Shown here piece by piece: positions 38,701-47,585 of a DNA stretch of 64,000 bases. Source of the DNA: Opitutia bacterium (lineage in GTDB: Bacteria > Verrucomicrobiota > Kiritimatiellia > CAIQIC01 > Lenti-01). A model generated the notes under the pieces. That model was not told the origin of the DNA and ran no database searches. It was given only the letters and a program-made list of their open reading frames with translations. Made by a program: the position numbers and the translations under genes. Each line of letters begins with the position of its first letter. Within the stretch, counting starts at the first letter, position 1. Location of the stretch: NCBI GenBank assembly GCA_009928955.1, contig SABN01000001.1, forward strand, positions 11,994 to 75,993, read 5' to 3'.

Positions 38701-41700
38701 GGCCAGATGGATCTCTTCCTCGCCCGAGGCGGGCGGCCGGCCGCCGACGGTAAACGCCCCGGTCCAGGCGTAATCGCCGGTCGTGCCGGAGATCGCGTCG
38801 CTGTCGACCGCGTCGTCGCCGCCCGCCTTGGAGGCGGTGACGACGTCGTTCGTGCTGATGCCGGAGAGATCGAAGCGAATCACATAGGTTCCGGCCCGCT
38901 TGTCTGAGAACAGATAGTACCCGTCCGCGTCCGTGGTGGTCTCGGCCACGATGATCCCGTTGGTGTTCAGCAGCGCGACCGGCACATCGGCGAACCCGTT
39001 GGTCTCGCCGGGATTCTGGATGCCATCCCGGTTGGCGTCGAACCAGACGCGGTCGCCGATTGAAACCACCTGGAAAAAGCCCGCATCCACCGTGAAGTTG
39101 GTTTGACCGCTGCGCAGCGTCACGGTCGCGGTCAAGCCCGTGTCCGGCGCCGGATCGCTGTCCGTGGCGTCGTCGCCGACGTCCGCCACCGTGGTCAAAT
39201 AGCCCGGCGGAGGCGTGAAACCGATGAGATAGGCGCCCGGAACCAGATCCGTGAACGCATAGGCGCCATCCAGGGTGGTTGTTTCCACGCCCACCACGTT
39301 GGACGCGGCATTGTACAAGCGCACCACGACGTTGGGCAATCCCCGGTCGCCGGATTCCTGCTGCCCGTTCCAGTTCACATCTTCCCAGGTCCAGTCGCCG
39401 ATGGCGCCCAGCCGGTAGAAGCCCGCGTCCCAGCTGGTGTCGTCCGCGCCGCCGCTCAGCGAGAAGACCGCCGTGCGCCCCGTGCCGGCGGCGATGTCGC
39501 TGTCCAGCGCGTCGTCGCCGCCCTGATCCTGCGCCGCGGCAAAATAGTCCGGCGGCGGCGCGAACTCGAGGAAATAGGATCCGGCCGGCAGGTTCGTGAA
39601 GTGGTACGAGCCGTCCGCGCCGGTCGTTGTTTCCGCCAGCAGGTTCGACCCGGCGCCGTAGAGCCGCACCGTCACGTCTGCCAAGCCGGCCTCGCCGACA
39701 CCCTGGATGCCATCGCCATCGGCGTCGAGCCAGGCCCGGTCGCCCACGGTCGCCCACCCCTTCGGCACGATGACGACCGAACTGCTGTCGTTGTCGGCAA
39801 CGGGATCGAACAAGTCGCGGCCGGTCACGGTGGCGGTGTTGGTGATGTTCAAATCCGCGGTGTTTTCACGCACGGTCACGTGGACATGGAGCGTCGTGGA
39901 GGCGTTCACCGCCAGCGTCCCGATGGTCCAGGCCCCGGAACCCGCGCTGTAGGCGCCGTTGGAATGGCCGACGTACTGCACCTGCGGCGGCAACACGTCC
40001 GTGATGACCACTCCCGTGGCCGTGTCGGGCCCGTTGTTCGATGCGACCAGGATGTACGGGATGGTCTCCAGCATGTCTGGCGTGGCCTCGGCGACAAACT
40101 TCCGAACGCCCACGTCCGCGAAGACGACGCAGTTGGTCGTCGACGCTTGCAGCGGCGGCTGCAGGGGGCTGGAGACCGACGCGGTGTTGACCAGTTGCGT
40201 CACCAGCGAAGGCGCATCCACCGTCGCTTGGAACGTGACCACCAGCCTCCCTCCCGGCGTCAGATCTTGGCCGGAGACCAGCCCCGGCGGCGCGAAAGCG
40301 GGATTCGTCGCCACGCCGGACCGGAGGCTCGAAATCTCGATGTTGTCCAGATAGGCGTACTCGCCGCTCTCCCAGTTCTCGGTCCCCGGCGCGGCCTCGA
40401 ACCGGACCGTGGTTCCCGTGGAGATGTAGGCGGTGAGGTCGTAGCTGGCGGTGCCGCTGGCGGTGCCGCCAAATTGCTCGAGTTGCGTGAACGGACCGCC
40501 GGGACTCGTCGCCACCCGCACGGCCAGATATTCATTGGCGTCCAGCCCGACCGTCTGCCAATCGAACGACAGCGTGGCATTCGTTTCCGCGCTCAGGTCG
40601 GCCCACCGCCAAGCGGCCTCGTCGCCGACATAAAGATAATGCAGCGTCATCCGGCCATTCGTCACACCCACGTAATTTCCAACTGGGCCAGCCGTCCCCG
40701 CCGGGTCGTCCTCCTGCCAATCCACCGCCCAGTTCCGCGTGCCGTCCTGGCCGGAATAAGACACGGCATTGAATTCATCGCGGACGGTGCTGACCGTCGC
40801 GTTGGAGACCACGGCAAAGGCCGAATTCGGAACGTAGGTCAGGCCCGCCGGCAAGAGGTCCTCCACCGCGACGCCGGTTTGCGTCACGTTGCCGGTGTTC
40901 ACGACGGTCAGGGTGTAGGTGATCGCATCGCCCGGCGACAGGCAGGACCCGGCGGCGGAGGTCTTGGTCAAGTGCAGCCCATGCACGATCTCCACCAGCC
41001 CGGCATCCCACCGGGTGTCGTGGGTGCCCACCGGCAGGAAAAACGGCGCCGTTCTTCCGGTGGTCCGCGAAACATCGCTGTCGGCCGCGTCGTCGCCCCC
41101 TTGGTTCTGCAAGGTGAACATGAACCCCGGCGGCGCCGTGAATTCCAGGAAATACGTCGCCGGCGGCAGGTTGGGGAAGCTGTAGAATCCCGCAGCCGTG
41201 GTGTTCGTGGTGGCCACGAGGTTCGTGGCGGCATCGTACAGCTGGACCGCCACGCCGGGCATCCCGGTTTCGCTGCCGCCGCCTTGGAGCCCGTCGACGT
41301 CCACCTCCCGCCAGACGAAGTCGCCGATCGAGGCGGGCGGCTGGTGGAAGCCCGCGTCCCGGGTCATGTCGCTCATCCCCCCGGACAGCGCGAATGCCGC
41401 CGTGCGGCCCGTGGCGGGAGCGATGTCGCTGTCCAGCGCGTCGTTGCCGCCTTGGTCCTGCAACGCGGGCAAATGATCCTCAGGCGCGTCGAATTCCAAG
41501 AAATAGGTTCCGGAAGGCAGGTGGGCGAAGCCATAGGCCCCGGCGACGCCGCTGGTCGTCGTCGCCACCCAGTTCGACCCGGCGGCGTAGATCCGCACCG
41601 TCACGCCCGTCAGCCCGGGCTCGCCCCCGTCTTGGATGCCGTCGCCGTCCACGTCGAACCACGCCCGATCGCCCACGGAGTTCGCCACCGAAACGTTCGT

Positions 41701-42144
41701 GACCGACGCCGTCAGCGGCGGCGTCGCCGGATTCGTCGCCGCCGCGGTGTTCACGAACTGGGTCGCGACCAACGGCACGTCCAGCGTCGTGCGGATTCGC
41801 ACCGTCACGCTCGAGCCCGCCGGCACCGCGTAGTTCGACAGCAGGCTCGCCGGCGTCGCCCCCGCCAAGTTCGACACCACGTTCACCGTCACGCCGGGTT
41901 GATAGACCGCCACCGGGACCAATGACACCACATGCCCCGAATTGGTGAAGGTGACGTAGTCGATGCTGATCCGGTCGCCGTTTCCGAACGACCCGCCCGC
42001 CCGCAGCCGCAAAGCCAGGTTGGCGCCCATGCGGGAAGTCAGGTTGGTGGTGACCTGGACATAGCTCGCGTCCGTTCCGGCCGTGGTCGGCACGGCGAAC
42101 ACCAGGTTCGACTGCCCGGCGAATCCGTTCGTGGAAACGTAAAA
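32716..42144 (-). CDS. giant adhesin-like surface protein, downstream segment of a frameshifted ~4218-codon gene
   Basis: There is no genuine start: the track 'M' is an internal GTG in ...NLVFAVPTT. Recognisable units are 5 SdrD-B-like repeats (GDRAW.D.DGDGIQ), DUF11-like units, and a C25 domain (HYTGHGG with the His codon at 36631-33, ALSCLLG with the Cys codon at 36529-31). It also has 3 MBG-like units (YDGTP...AGSYAV) and 4 discoidin-like domains. Confidence 0.85.
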   Translation of the reverse strand, partial: FYVSTNGFAGQSNLVFAVPTTAGTDASYVQVTTNLTSRMGANLALRLRAGGSFGNGDRISIDYVTFTNSGHVVSLVPVAVYQPGVTVNVVSNLAGATPASLLSNYAVPAGSSVTVRIRTTLDVPLVATQFVNTAAATNPATPPLTASVTNVSVANSVGDRAWFDVDGDGIQDGGEPGLTGVTVRIYAAGSNWVATTTSGVAGAYGFAHLPSGTYFLEFDAPEDHLPALQDQGGNDALDSDIAPATGRTAAFALSGGMSDMTRDAGFHQPPASIGDFVWREVDVDGLQGGGSETGMPGVAVQLYDAATNLVATTNTTAAGFYSFPNLPPATYFLEFTAPPGFMFTLQNQGGDDAADSDVSRTTGRTAPFFLPVGTHDTRWDAGLVEIVHGLHLTKTSAAGSCLSPGDAITYTLTVVNTGNVTQTGVAVEDLLPAGLTYVPNSAFAVVSNATVSTVRDEFNAVSYSGQDGTRNWAVDWQEDDPAGTAGPVGNYVGVTNGRMTLHYLYVGDEAAWRWADLSAETNATLSFDWQTVGLDANEYLAVRVATSPGGPFTQLEQFGGTASGTASYDLTAYISTGTTVRFEAAPGTENWESGEYAYLDNIEISSLRSGVATNPAFAPPGLVSGQDLTPGGRLVVTFQATVDAPSLVTQLVNTASVSSPLQPPLQASTTNCVVFADVGVRKFVAEATPDMLETIPYILVASNNGPDTATGVVITDVLPPQVQYVGHSNGAYSAGSGAWTIGTLAVNASTTLHVHVTVRENTADLNITNTATVTGRDLFDPVADNDSSSVVIVPKGWATVGDRAWLDADGDGIQGVGEAGLADVTVRLYGAGSNLLAETTTGADGSYHFTNLPAGSYFLEFAPPPDYFAAAQDQGGDDALDSDIAAGTGRTAVFSLSGGADDTSWDAGFYRLGAIGDWTWEDVNWNGQQESGDRGLPNVVVRLYNAASNVVGVETTTLDGAYAFTDLVPGAYLIGFTPPPGYLTTVADVGDDATDSDPAPDTGLTATVTLRSGQTNFTVDAGFFQVVSIGDRVWFDANRDGIQNPGETNGFADVPVALLNTNGIIVAETTTDADGYYLFSDKRAGTYVIRFDLSGISTNDVVTASKAGGDDAVDSDAISGTTGDYAWTGAFTVGGRPPASGEEEIHLAVDLGISTRDSTRAEVAEVWGEWTKDGGRVAWRTGSEFGTAGFFVHRVDPETGKETRMSDILVPSAFNEAGSVYGLVDPEAREGDEGTYRLEEIELSGEARGLGTHAVRFAVPPPAAKAVRTKKAAAAKALAPAPRTAPVPAEPSSRLKVLVKKEGIHGVALTSIAAGMGLALEDVRAQAAAGELKIAEQGLPVPVLFDAERGRLVFHARPPVRDWYSHEAAYLISAGKGLAMPRREPGASSGGTVFPVRLHFEEDRFLFSMTQMPEDFYFWAGVVSQTNDLLAPRFPLDLTGFAGGDLNLKVRLMGWSATTNHPDHLAEISFNGAVAGSIAFDGQETAEAELTIPGAAVVNGVNTVMVNGVMKPGQSHSFFVVDWIEASFDRDLTPSAPVAPFRAGQAPAFSAGAYSDPLALALDEAGNPTWIADAKGELSAKAWAVAAENERFAVIESSAVPMLVPEPAAADAWFLSETNRIDYLVIASRALAPAAQELADYRAGQGLRVGVAVFEDLCDLMTGGLRTPQAIPALLRHAAATWAQAPKMVVLAGGGHYDYLGATFDEVNPLPPLLVQTPDGVCASDGLLADTGGDDRPDVAIGRLPALTAADLAAMIAKIKVYEAGFGSAWQNQLVLVADQGNSAGNFSDSNTKLAEWATAPYSVASRIDLDQMAIGPARASLMDAFHAGAGFIHYTGHGGLFNLSGKGLLTAADVAKMDNATRPPITVALSCLLGRYELPATDSLGELLMRRPQGGAVALLAPSGLSFNAPAMELGEAFYRAVLQDGVGTLGLAFLRARRSLRSDLSSRDTFAVYNLLGDPALRIAGNEMTNGAPASAEIFLQDLEQGYDGQPRVATARTEPAGLAVRFTYDGSAAAPTEAGSYAVVGVVADDIFVGSATGTLVVAKAEAVILLGALEPVYDGTPKNATATTVPAGLAVEFRYDGGTAVPTEAGSYAVVATVVDGNHQASTTGTWVVAKAVATVALAGLEQTYDGTPRRVTAATVPAGLAVAITYGSGDAPPVLAGRYAVSAEIEDPNFAGGSAGALVVAKAAQTIEFPGIDDPLAPDGVGLSAISSSSLPVGFAVVDGPGRILDGPHLSFTGAGAVSVMAFQAGDGNWEPAPDVVRTFHVSPILLSATDVNVREGGEGRFYVRLAYAPAAATAVTVARSGGASVLSVKSGAGLLFSPANWNVWQAVTLAAAADGNGDNETAMFRVSASGVADQFVEATALDIDIGPNLALASNGSRITGTQATKPEWLIDGVHGASANYGYTIWTNRASPGTMTLDLQEAMRVSRIRLLNWDWGLRAHQYRIESSLDGTTWSPLVDASEGEHRGWEDWAVEDLSIRYLRFTGLSNSANQYVCLAEWEVYGPSSQFQLPRPELSSAAVNVREAGEGRFHVRLDRAPEANVAVAVSRASGDERLSVQSGAALVFTPANWAAWQVVTLAAGEDENGANETATFRISAPGVADRVMKATALDIDIGENRARASLGSTITGTQAYAPERAIDGVHASSVNYGYPVWTNPASPGTLTLDLKVATTVSRIRLLNWDWGYRSHRYRIESSLDGANWSALIDASTGEHRGWEDWAVAARTARYLRFTALSNSANRYVCIAEWEVYAAPVEPRQIECLATAVNVREGGEGRFHVRLDSAPAGSVSVGVSRSAGDANLFVKSGANLTFTPANWNAWQTVTLAASEDANGENETATFRIAVPGGADRLVEATALDDDIGVNWARASNGSTISGMQATKPEYLTDAVHMSSANYGYTFWTNEPPGTITLDLKAATSVSRIRLLNWDWSYRVHQYRIESSLDGASWSPLVEASAGEHRGWEDWALDGRSARYLRLTGLSNSANRFVCIAEWEVYGERTPEPKPRAVAKAASPAEFTDAGSFPMTVVTSDDGPEHTNGWAAVDGDPNTQWTGKSGAGGYIAIGYDVPMWVTNLVVDLAEGSSIPGQILYSPDAREWRTLPEDLARNPVEITYLWLLFPEDAFAASEPRVIEIRPQP
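33140..35330. repeat. three tandem ~735-741-nt coding modules (Ig/Calx-like + discoidin-like) inside the giant gene
   Basis: The protein segments VNVREGGEGRF...LLNWDW...YRIESSLDG..W...AEWEVY recur three times. The EWEVY-coding sites lie near 33141, 33872 and 34612. Confidence 0.8.
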
Positions 42145-45100
42145 AGGTGAAGGAATCCCCCGAATCCCAGTTCTGGCGGCGATAGGCGAAGCTCAGGGTG
42201 ACGCTGGTGTAGACCCGGCCCGCCGCCGCCGCCAAGGCATTGGTGCGCGTGACATGGTCGTTGTCCGCGCTGGTTTCCTCGAATACCAGCGCGTTGGTGC
42301 CGCCGGCCACGCGCACCAGCACGCTGCCGCTGGCGGCGGAGCCGTTGTCGCCCTGCTCGTTCCAGCCCCCGACCCAGTTGGCCGTGCCATCGTTGTTCGC
42401 ATAGGACACCGTCCCGAATCCATCCGAAACCGTTTCCACGAAGGAATTGGTTGTCGTCGCCAGCAACTGGACGATCTGTGCGCTGCCGGATACGAAGGAG
42501 ACCCCCGGCGGCAACGCGTCGGTCAGCGCCACCCCGGCCAAGGCCACCGTGCCGGTGTTCTGGAGCGTGAGGTAGTAATCGTTGGTCTCTCCCAGATTCC
42601 AATTGCCGGTCAGGCGGCTCGATTTGAACAGTTTCAGGCTCACGGTCGCCGGATTGTAGAAGCCCGCGTCCACCGTGTCGTCCACCTGGCCGCCCGACAG
42701 GATGATCGGAGCCGTGATGCCCGTGGCCGGATCGGCATCGCTGTCCGTCGCGTCCGCGCCCGCGTTCGCCGTCGTGAAGGAATAGCCCGCCGGCGGCGTG
42801 AACCCCACGAAATAGGTGCCGGCGGACAGGTTGGTGAAGGCATAGGCGCCCGCCACGGTGGAGGTCGTCGTCCCGACCCCGTTCAACGCCGCATCGTACA
42901 ACCGCACCACCACGCCCGCCAACCCCGGCTCCCCGCCGTCCTGCCGCCCGTTGAAATTCGCATCCACCCACGTGAAGTTGCCAATCGCCGCGGGCTGGAC
43001 AAACCCCGCGTCCACCGTCGTCTCCGCTTGGCCGCTGGTCAGCGCGATCGGCGCCGTGAAGCCCGTGCCGGCATCCGCATCGCTGTCCGTCGCGTCGTCG
43101 CCCGTGTTGGCCAAGGTGAACACATAACCCGCCGGGCGCGTGAACCCCACGAAGTAGGAACCCGGAAACAAGTTCGTGAACGCATACGCCCCCGCCACGG
43201 ACGACGTCGTCGTGGCGAGGAGATTGGAAGCCGCGTTGTACAGCCGCACCACCACGTTCGAGCGCCCCGGCTCTCCGCCGTCCTGCTGCCCGTTGCCGTT
43301 CGCGTCCCCCCACGTGCAATCGCCGAGCGAGGCCGGACGGACGAAGCCCGCGTCCACCGTGGCCTCCGCCTGACCGCTGACGAGGGTGACCAGCGCCGTG
43401 CGGTTCGTGCCCGGCAGCGGATCACTGTCCGTCGCGTCCGCGCCGGCGTTGGACGTCGTGAACAGGTAGCCCGCCGGCGGTGCAAACCCGACGAAATAGG
43501 AACCCGGCGCTAGATTCGCGAACGCATAGGCCCCGGCCACCGACGAAGTCGTCGCCGCGAGCAGGTTGGAGTTCGCTTTGTACAGTCGCACGCCCACGTT
43601 CGGCAGCGCCGGTTCCCCGCCGTCCTGCTGCCCGTTGCCGTTCGCGTCCTCCCACGTGAAATCGCCGAGGGCGGCTGGCCGGTAGAAACCCGCATCCACC
43701 GTCCCGTTGGTTTGCCCGCTGACCAGCGGGATCAGCGCCGTGCGGTTCGTGCCCGGCAGCGGATCGCTGTCCGTCGCGTCGGCCCCGACGTTTGCGGTCG
43801 TGAACAAGTAGCCCGCCGGCGGCGTGAAATCCACGAAGTAGCTGGCGCCCGGCAGCAGATTCGTGAACGCATAGGCGCCGGCCGCCGACGACGTCGTCGT
43901 CCCGATCACGTTCGACGCCGCATTGTACAGCCGCACCTCAACGTTGGAGAGCGCCGGTTCGCCGGGGTCCTGCTGTCCGTTGCCGTTGGTGTCTTCCCAC
44001 GTCCAATCGCCGAGCGTCGCCCGCCGGTACAGGCCCGCATCCAGCGTGAGATTGGTCTGGCCGGTGCCCATCGCAAACAACGCCGTCAGGCCCGTGGCGA
44101 GGTCGGCGTCGCTGTCGATCGCCGGGTCGGTTCCAGCGTAGCGCGCCGTGAATTCATAGCCATCCGGCAAGAAATACTTCGCGAAATACGTCCCCGGCCC
44201 GTGGCCCGGGGATTTCCAAGATCCGTTGGTGTCCGTGCGGACCACCGCCGCCAGATTGGCGCTGCCGTCGCACACATGCACCAGCACGTTGGAAAGACCC
44301 GGTTCGCCGGCCTCCTGCACCCCGTTCGCATTCAGATCCTCCCACGCCCGGTCGCCCAAGGTCACGTTCAAAGCCTCGTCGTAGAACATCAAGCCGCCGC
44401 TGATCAGGTCGAGGCCGCCAAAGGTCGATTCCGGCGACGTGTTCGTCGGAAAATAGACGGCGTTGTTGACCAACGTCCAATAGGCCCCGTTCGTCGTCGT
44501 GTCGTTCGCCGCCAACGCATAGCCGTAGAAGAGATCGTTGGTCCGCAGTCCCAGCGTCTGCCAGTTCAGGAACACGCCGGACAGCGGCTGCGGGCTCACG
44601 TCGGCCGACGGATGCTGGGAATCGCCGCTTCCCGTGTAGCCGCGCATCACGATCGTGTCGAGCGAGATGCCGGAGGCGCCCCAGTGCGTTTCCAGCACGC
44701 TGATCGGCGTTCCGAACGCCGAGGGCTTCTGGTTGCCGTCCAGCGCCGTGATCGCGGCGATCTTGAACCGGTCGTTGCCGCCGCGGTCCATCACCAGGAA
44801 TCCGCGCTGTTCGATGTGGCTGTGCACCGGCAGCCCATCCGGAAACAGGTAGTCGATGCGCTGGATGTTGTTGTTGTTCCCGTTGCCGTCGCCTTGGTCG
44901 GAGAACACGTTGTCCGCGCCATGGTTGATCAGCGGACTGCGCAGGGATTCTTCCATCGTGGCCGCGTAGCGCGACTTCAGGAAGATGTTCGTCCCTGAAT
45001 ACGACGACTGCTCGTAGAGCACGATGTGATGCTCCCCTTTGATCGTCGCGTTGGTCGTCCGGGCGATGTTGATCCGCCCCGCCAAGGCGATGCCGTCAAA

Positions 45101-45373
45101 CACGCGTCCGCCGACCGTGACATCCCCCAGGAACATCTGGTTCGAAACGCCCTCGTTGAACCGGATGTTGTAGACCGTTCCCGTGGGGAACCCCGCGCTG
45201 CCGCCGCCCGTGGCGGAATAGTTGTCGTTCGTGTCCGTGTAGGTCTGGTACGTCACCGTCGCGCTCGAAATCCCCTGCACCTGCGCCTGCGCGAAGGCCC
45301 CGCCCCATGCCAGCCAGACAAGCAGAAGCGCCCCGCATCCATGCACCCGACTTTTCTGGATTGTCGCTCTCAT
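42143..45373 (-). CDS. giant adhesin-like surface protein, upstream segment (signal peptide, ~330-aa unknown domain, 5 SdrD-B-like repeats, DUF11-like, start of lectin-like domain)
   Basis: It starts with a signal peptide (MRATIQKSRVHGCGALLLVWLAWGGAFAQA). The reading frame makes sense down to ...NWDSGDSFTF at the A5 run (42141-42145). The remaining track ORF (41480-42140) is Arg-rich out-of-frame overlap. Confidence 0.85.
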
Positions 45374-45416
45374 TGACCGGCGGAAGAACCCCGAGAAGAA
45401 CTTTCCGCCTGTTCAA

Positions 45417-45445
45417 ATAATATGGATAAAGCGCTATAATGGCAA
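45417..45445 (-). promoter_or_regulatory. candidate sigma70-type promoter of the giant adhesin gene (TTGCCA-17 nt-TATTAT)
   Basis: On the minus strand the -35 is at 45445-45440 and the -10 at 45422-45417, about 45 nt upstream of ATG 45373. It lies inside the AT-rich island. A 7-bp hairpin (ggcggaa...ttccgcc) sits in the predicted 5' UTR. Confidence 0.35.
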
Positions 45446-45708
45446 AGTTTATACGATTAAATTATGGTTAAAGAATAGTTTCGAAATTGTTAGATCTTTA
45501 TCCACATCTTTCACTCGCGCAGCGAGGTGCGCGCCCACCGGCTTTAATGATGTCCTAATGTTTCTTCAGACCTTAACGCTGGAAACCATCGATATCTGTT
45601 TTTAGGCTTTTTATCCCATTTTCACTTCTTTTTGCGGTTTTTTTCCATTTTTCACTGTTTTTTACAAATTTATCGATTTTTTGATTGATGATGCAAACGG
45701 AAAATTTG

Positions 45709-45749
45709 ATGAAAAAATGCGGAACCAATTGAAAATCAAGTGGTTCCGC
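45709..45749 (-). terminator. rho-independent terminator ending the long minus-strand operon
   Basis: A 9-bp perfect stem (gcggaacca / tggttccgc) with a 13-nt loop is followed on the minus strand by ATTTTTTC. It lies 56 nt after the HprK-like stop. Confidence 0.65.
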
Positions 45750-45804
45750 AATTCATTCTCCAAGCCGCTTTCATTGGGGCGGCGGAAGCTCTCAACCATG
45801 GAAA

Positions 45805-46413
45805 TCAGGCCGGTCCTGCGTTCCCCTCCAAAAACGAGGAGAGACGGTTCTCCAACTCCAACTCAACCCCGCCGGATTCCTTCGAAAACCATAGACTCCC
45901 GCCCGGGCAGACGCGCGCGATTTCCGCGACCCATCGGAACCACTGCCGCCGCATCTGCCGAACGGAGGACATGTTGCCCGCCGCCGTCCCCCGCCCCTCT
46001 TGCGGCCGGCCGAACTTGCGCTGCAAGTCGATTTCCATCGCCGCATCCATCAGGCACCGGGCGAGTTCCAAGGGGGCGAGCGGCTCCACCCTCGCGGCGG
46101 CCGCCTTGTGGATCCGAAAACACCCCCGCAACGGCACCGCCCCCCCCCCCTCGGCGCGACGACGGACTTCCTCCAGCCAGCCAAGCCATTCGTCCCTTTC
46201 AAACCGGAAACTCCCATCCACCCCCCGCCAATTTCCATCCGGGCCCCGTGCGACATACACCGAATCATCGGCCAAGACCGGATGGGTCTTTCCCAGCATC
46301 CGCGCGATCGTGCTCTTCCCCGCCGTCGAATGGCCCAGAAACAGAAGCGCGCCTCCGTCGACGACCACCGCGGAGGCGTGCAGAAACAATCCTCCTGCCG
46401 CAGCGGCGATCAT
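45805..46413 (-). CDS. HPr-kinase-C-terminal-like P-loop protein (HprK-related kinase)
   Basis: The in-frame ATG is at 46413, with an ATGA overlap with the rSAM stop. It reads LHASAVVVDGGALLFLGHSTAGKST, which resembles the HprK catalytic core. It is ~202 aa. Confidence 0.7.
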   Translation of the reverse strand: MIAAAAGGLFLHASAVVVDGGALLFLGHSTAGKSTIARMLGKTHPVLADDSVYVARGPDGNWRGVDGSFRFERDEWLGWLEEVRRRAEGGGAVPLRGCFRIHKAAAARVEPLAPLELARCLMDAAMEIDLQRKFGRPQEGRGTAAGNMSSVRQMRRQWFRWVAEIARVCPGGSLWFSKESGGVELELENRLSSFLEGNAGPA

Positions 46414-47585
46414 GGGGCGATTTCTCCTCGCCCCCACGAAATTCGCCTCGTCGGCGGAAAAACGCCCCGTCGCTCCGCTTCCGCGCAGAGCGGCGACACG
46501 TTCACCAGCTTGCCCGTGGCCTCGTAGTTCTGGGCCAGGCAATGCGTCATGCACCGGCCCGCATGGAGGCAGTCCCCGCAAACTCCCGGAAAGGGGCCCG
46601 CCAGATCCGCCCGCATCTGGCGCAAGACCGGATGCGTCATCCAGACTTCCCGCAGGCTGTCCTTTCCCAGCTTCCCGAAACACAGCTCCGGGAGGTTGCG
46701 CCCGATGCCGCACAGCGCCATCTCGCCGGTTCCCAGAATGCCCAGGATGTGCCGCACATGGCATCCGGCTCCCTCGCCGCCATAGCGCAGCAGTTCCTTG
46801 ACCGTCGCCAGCGCCGGCGGCACCATCCCGCCGAGATGGATCGGATAGCGGTCCTGCAAGGGCCCGCGGATGCGGTGCGTCAACGCCAGCAACTCGTCGA
46901 AGGAAAGCCCCTGCCCTTGCTGGTGGATCTCCGCGCCGCGGCCCGAGGGCGTGACCGGATTGAACTTCACCGAGCTGGCGTCCAGGCGCAGGGCCAGCTC
47001 GATCAGGGCTTCGATCCCGCCCACGTTCTCCCGGCAGACGGACATGATGATCTGCGGCCGGATTCCGGCGGCAACCAGATGGCCGATGCCGCGCACGGCG
47101 CCGGCGTAGGCGCCGCGCACGCCCCGGAACCGGTCGTGCCAGCCCTCGTCCGCGCTGTCGAGGCTCACCGCGATGCGCGCGAGGCTCGTCTTCTCCTTCA
47201 GATGGATGGCCAAGTCCCGGTCGATCAGCGTGGCATTGGTCTCCATGGACAGATCGAGGCCTTCCGCCGTGAGAAAATCGGCGATCCGCCGAAACTCCGG
47301 ATGCAGCACCGGCTCCCCGCCCGTGAGCTTGGCGGCCGTCAACCCCATCGGCTTGGCCTCCGCCACCGCGCCCCGCAGCAGCTTGAAATCGAGGCATTCC
47401 CCCGGCACGGGCTTGCCATGGACGAAGGTGGGCGTGATCCAGCAATGCCGGCAGTGCAAATTGCACCCCGCGGACAGGTACAAGTAGAACATGCGCAAGG
47501 CCGGCACGTCCGGCGGCATCTCCACCCCGGGGGAAGACGGGGAACTTTCGGCCAGCCCGTCGCAGGTGTCGAGGACATCCGTCAC
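46410..47585 (-). CDS. radical SAM/SPASM domain protein (no RRE of its own)
   Basis: It has the CNLHCRHC cluster motif and a C-terminal Cys-rich SPASM-like region (CHVRH...CGIG...CGDCLHAGRCMTHC). The start is GTG, overlapping the upstream stop (GTGA). Confidence 0.88.
   Translation of the reverse strand: MTDVLDTCDGLAESSPSSPGVEMPPDVPALRMFYLYLSAGCNLHCRHCWITPTFVHGKPVPGECLDFKLLRGAVAEAKPMGLTAAKLTGGEPVLHPEFRRIADFLTAEGLDLSMETNATLIDRDLAIHLKEKTSLARIAVSLDSADEGWHDRFRGVRGAYAGAVRGIGHLVAAGIRPQIIMSVCRENVGGIEALIELALRLDASSVKFNPVTPSGRGAEIHQQGQGLSFDELLALTHRIRGPLQDRYPIHLGGMVPPALATVKELLRYGGEGAGCHVRHILGILGTGEMALCGIGRNLPELCFGKLGKDSLREVWMTHPVLRQMRADLAGPFPGVCGDCLHAGRCMTHCLAQNYEATGKLVNVSPLCAEAERRGVFPPTRRISWGRGEIAP

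Noticed and set aside
41480-42140. The 3' 660 nt of the 1297-aa track ORF.
   Set aside because: After the A5 run the translation becomes Arg-rich nonsense while the overlapping frame encodes coherent adhesin repeats. It is an artefact of the frameshift, not a real C-terminus.
45412-45440. A plus-strand promoter-like TTCAAA-17-TATAAT in the AT island.
   Set aside because: No plausible plus-strand gene or structured RNA follows; only 10-15-codon ORFs do. Such matches are expected by chance in AT-rich DNA, and this one mirrors the more sensible minus-strand promoter.
45662-45799. A 45-aa minus-strand ORF (MVESFRRPNESGLENELRNHLIFNWFRIFSSNFPFASSIKKSINL) starting 6 nt after the HprK-like stop, considered as an alternative precursor peptide.
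   Set aside because: It runs straight through the terminator hairpin and T tract. It has AT-rich codon usage unlike every gene here, no Cys and no RBS. It is kept only as a remote possibility.
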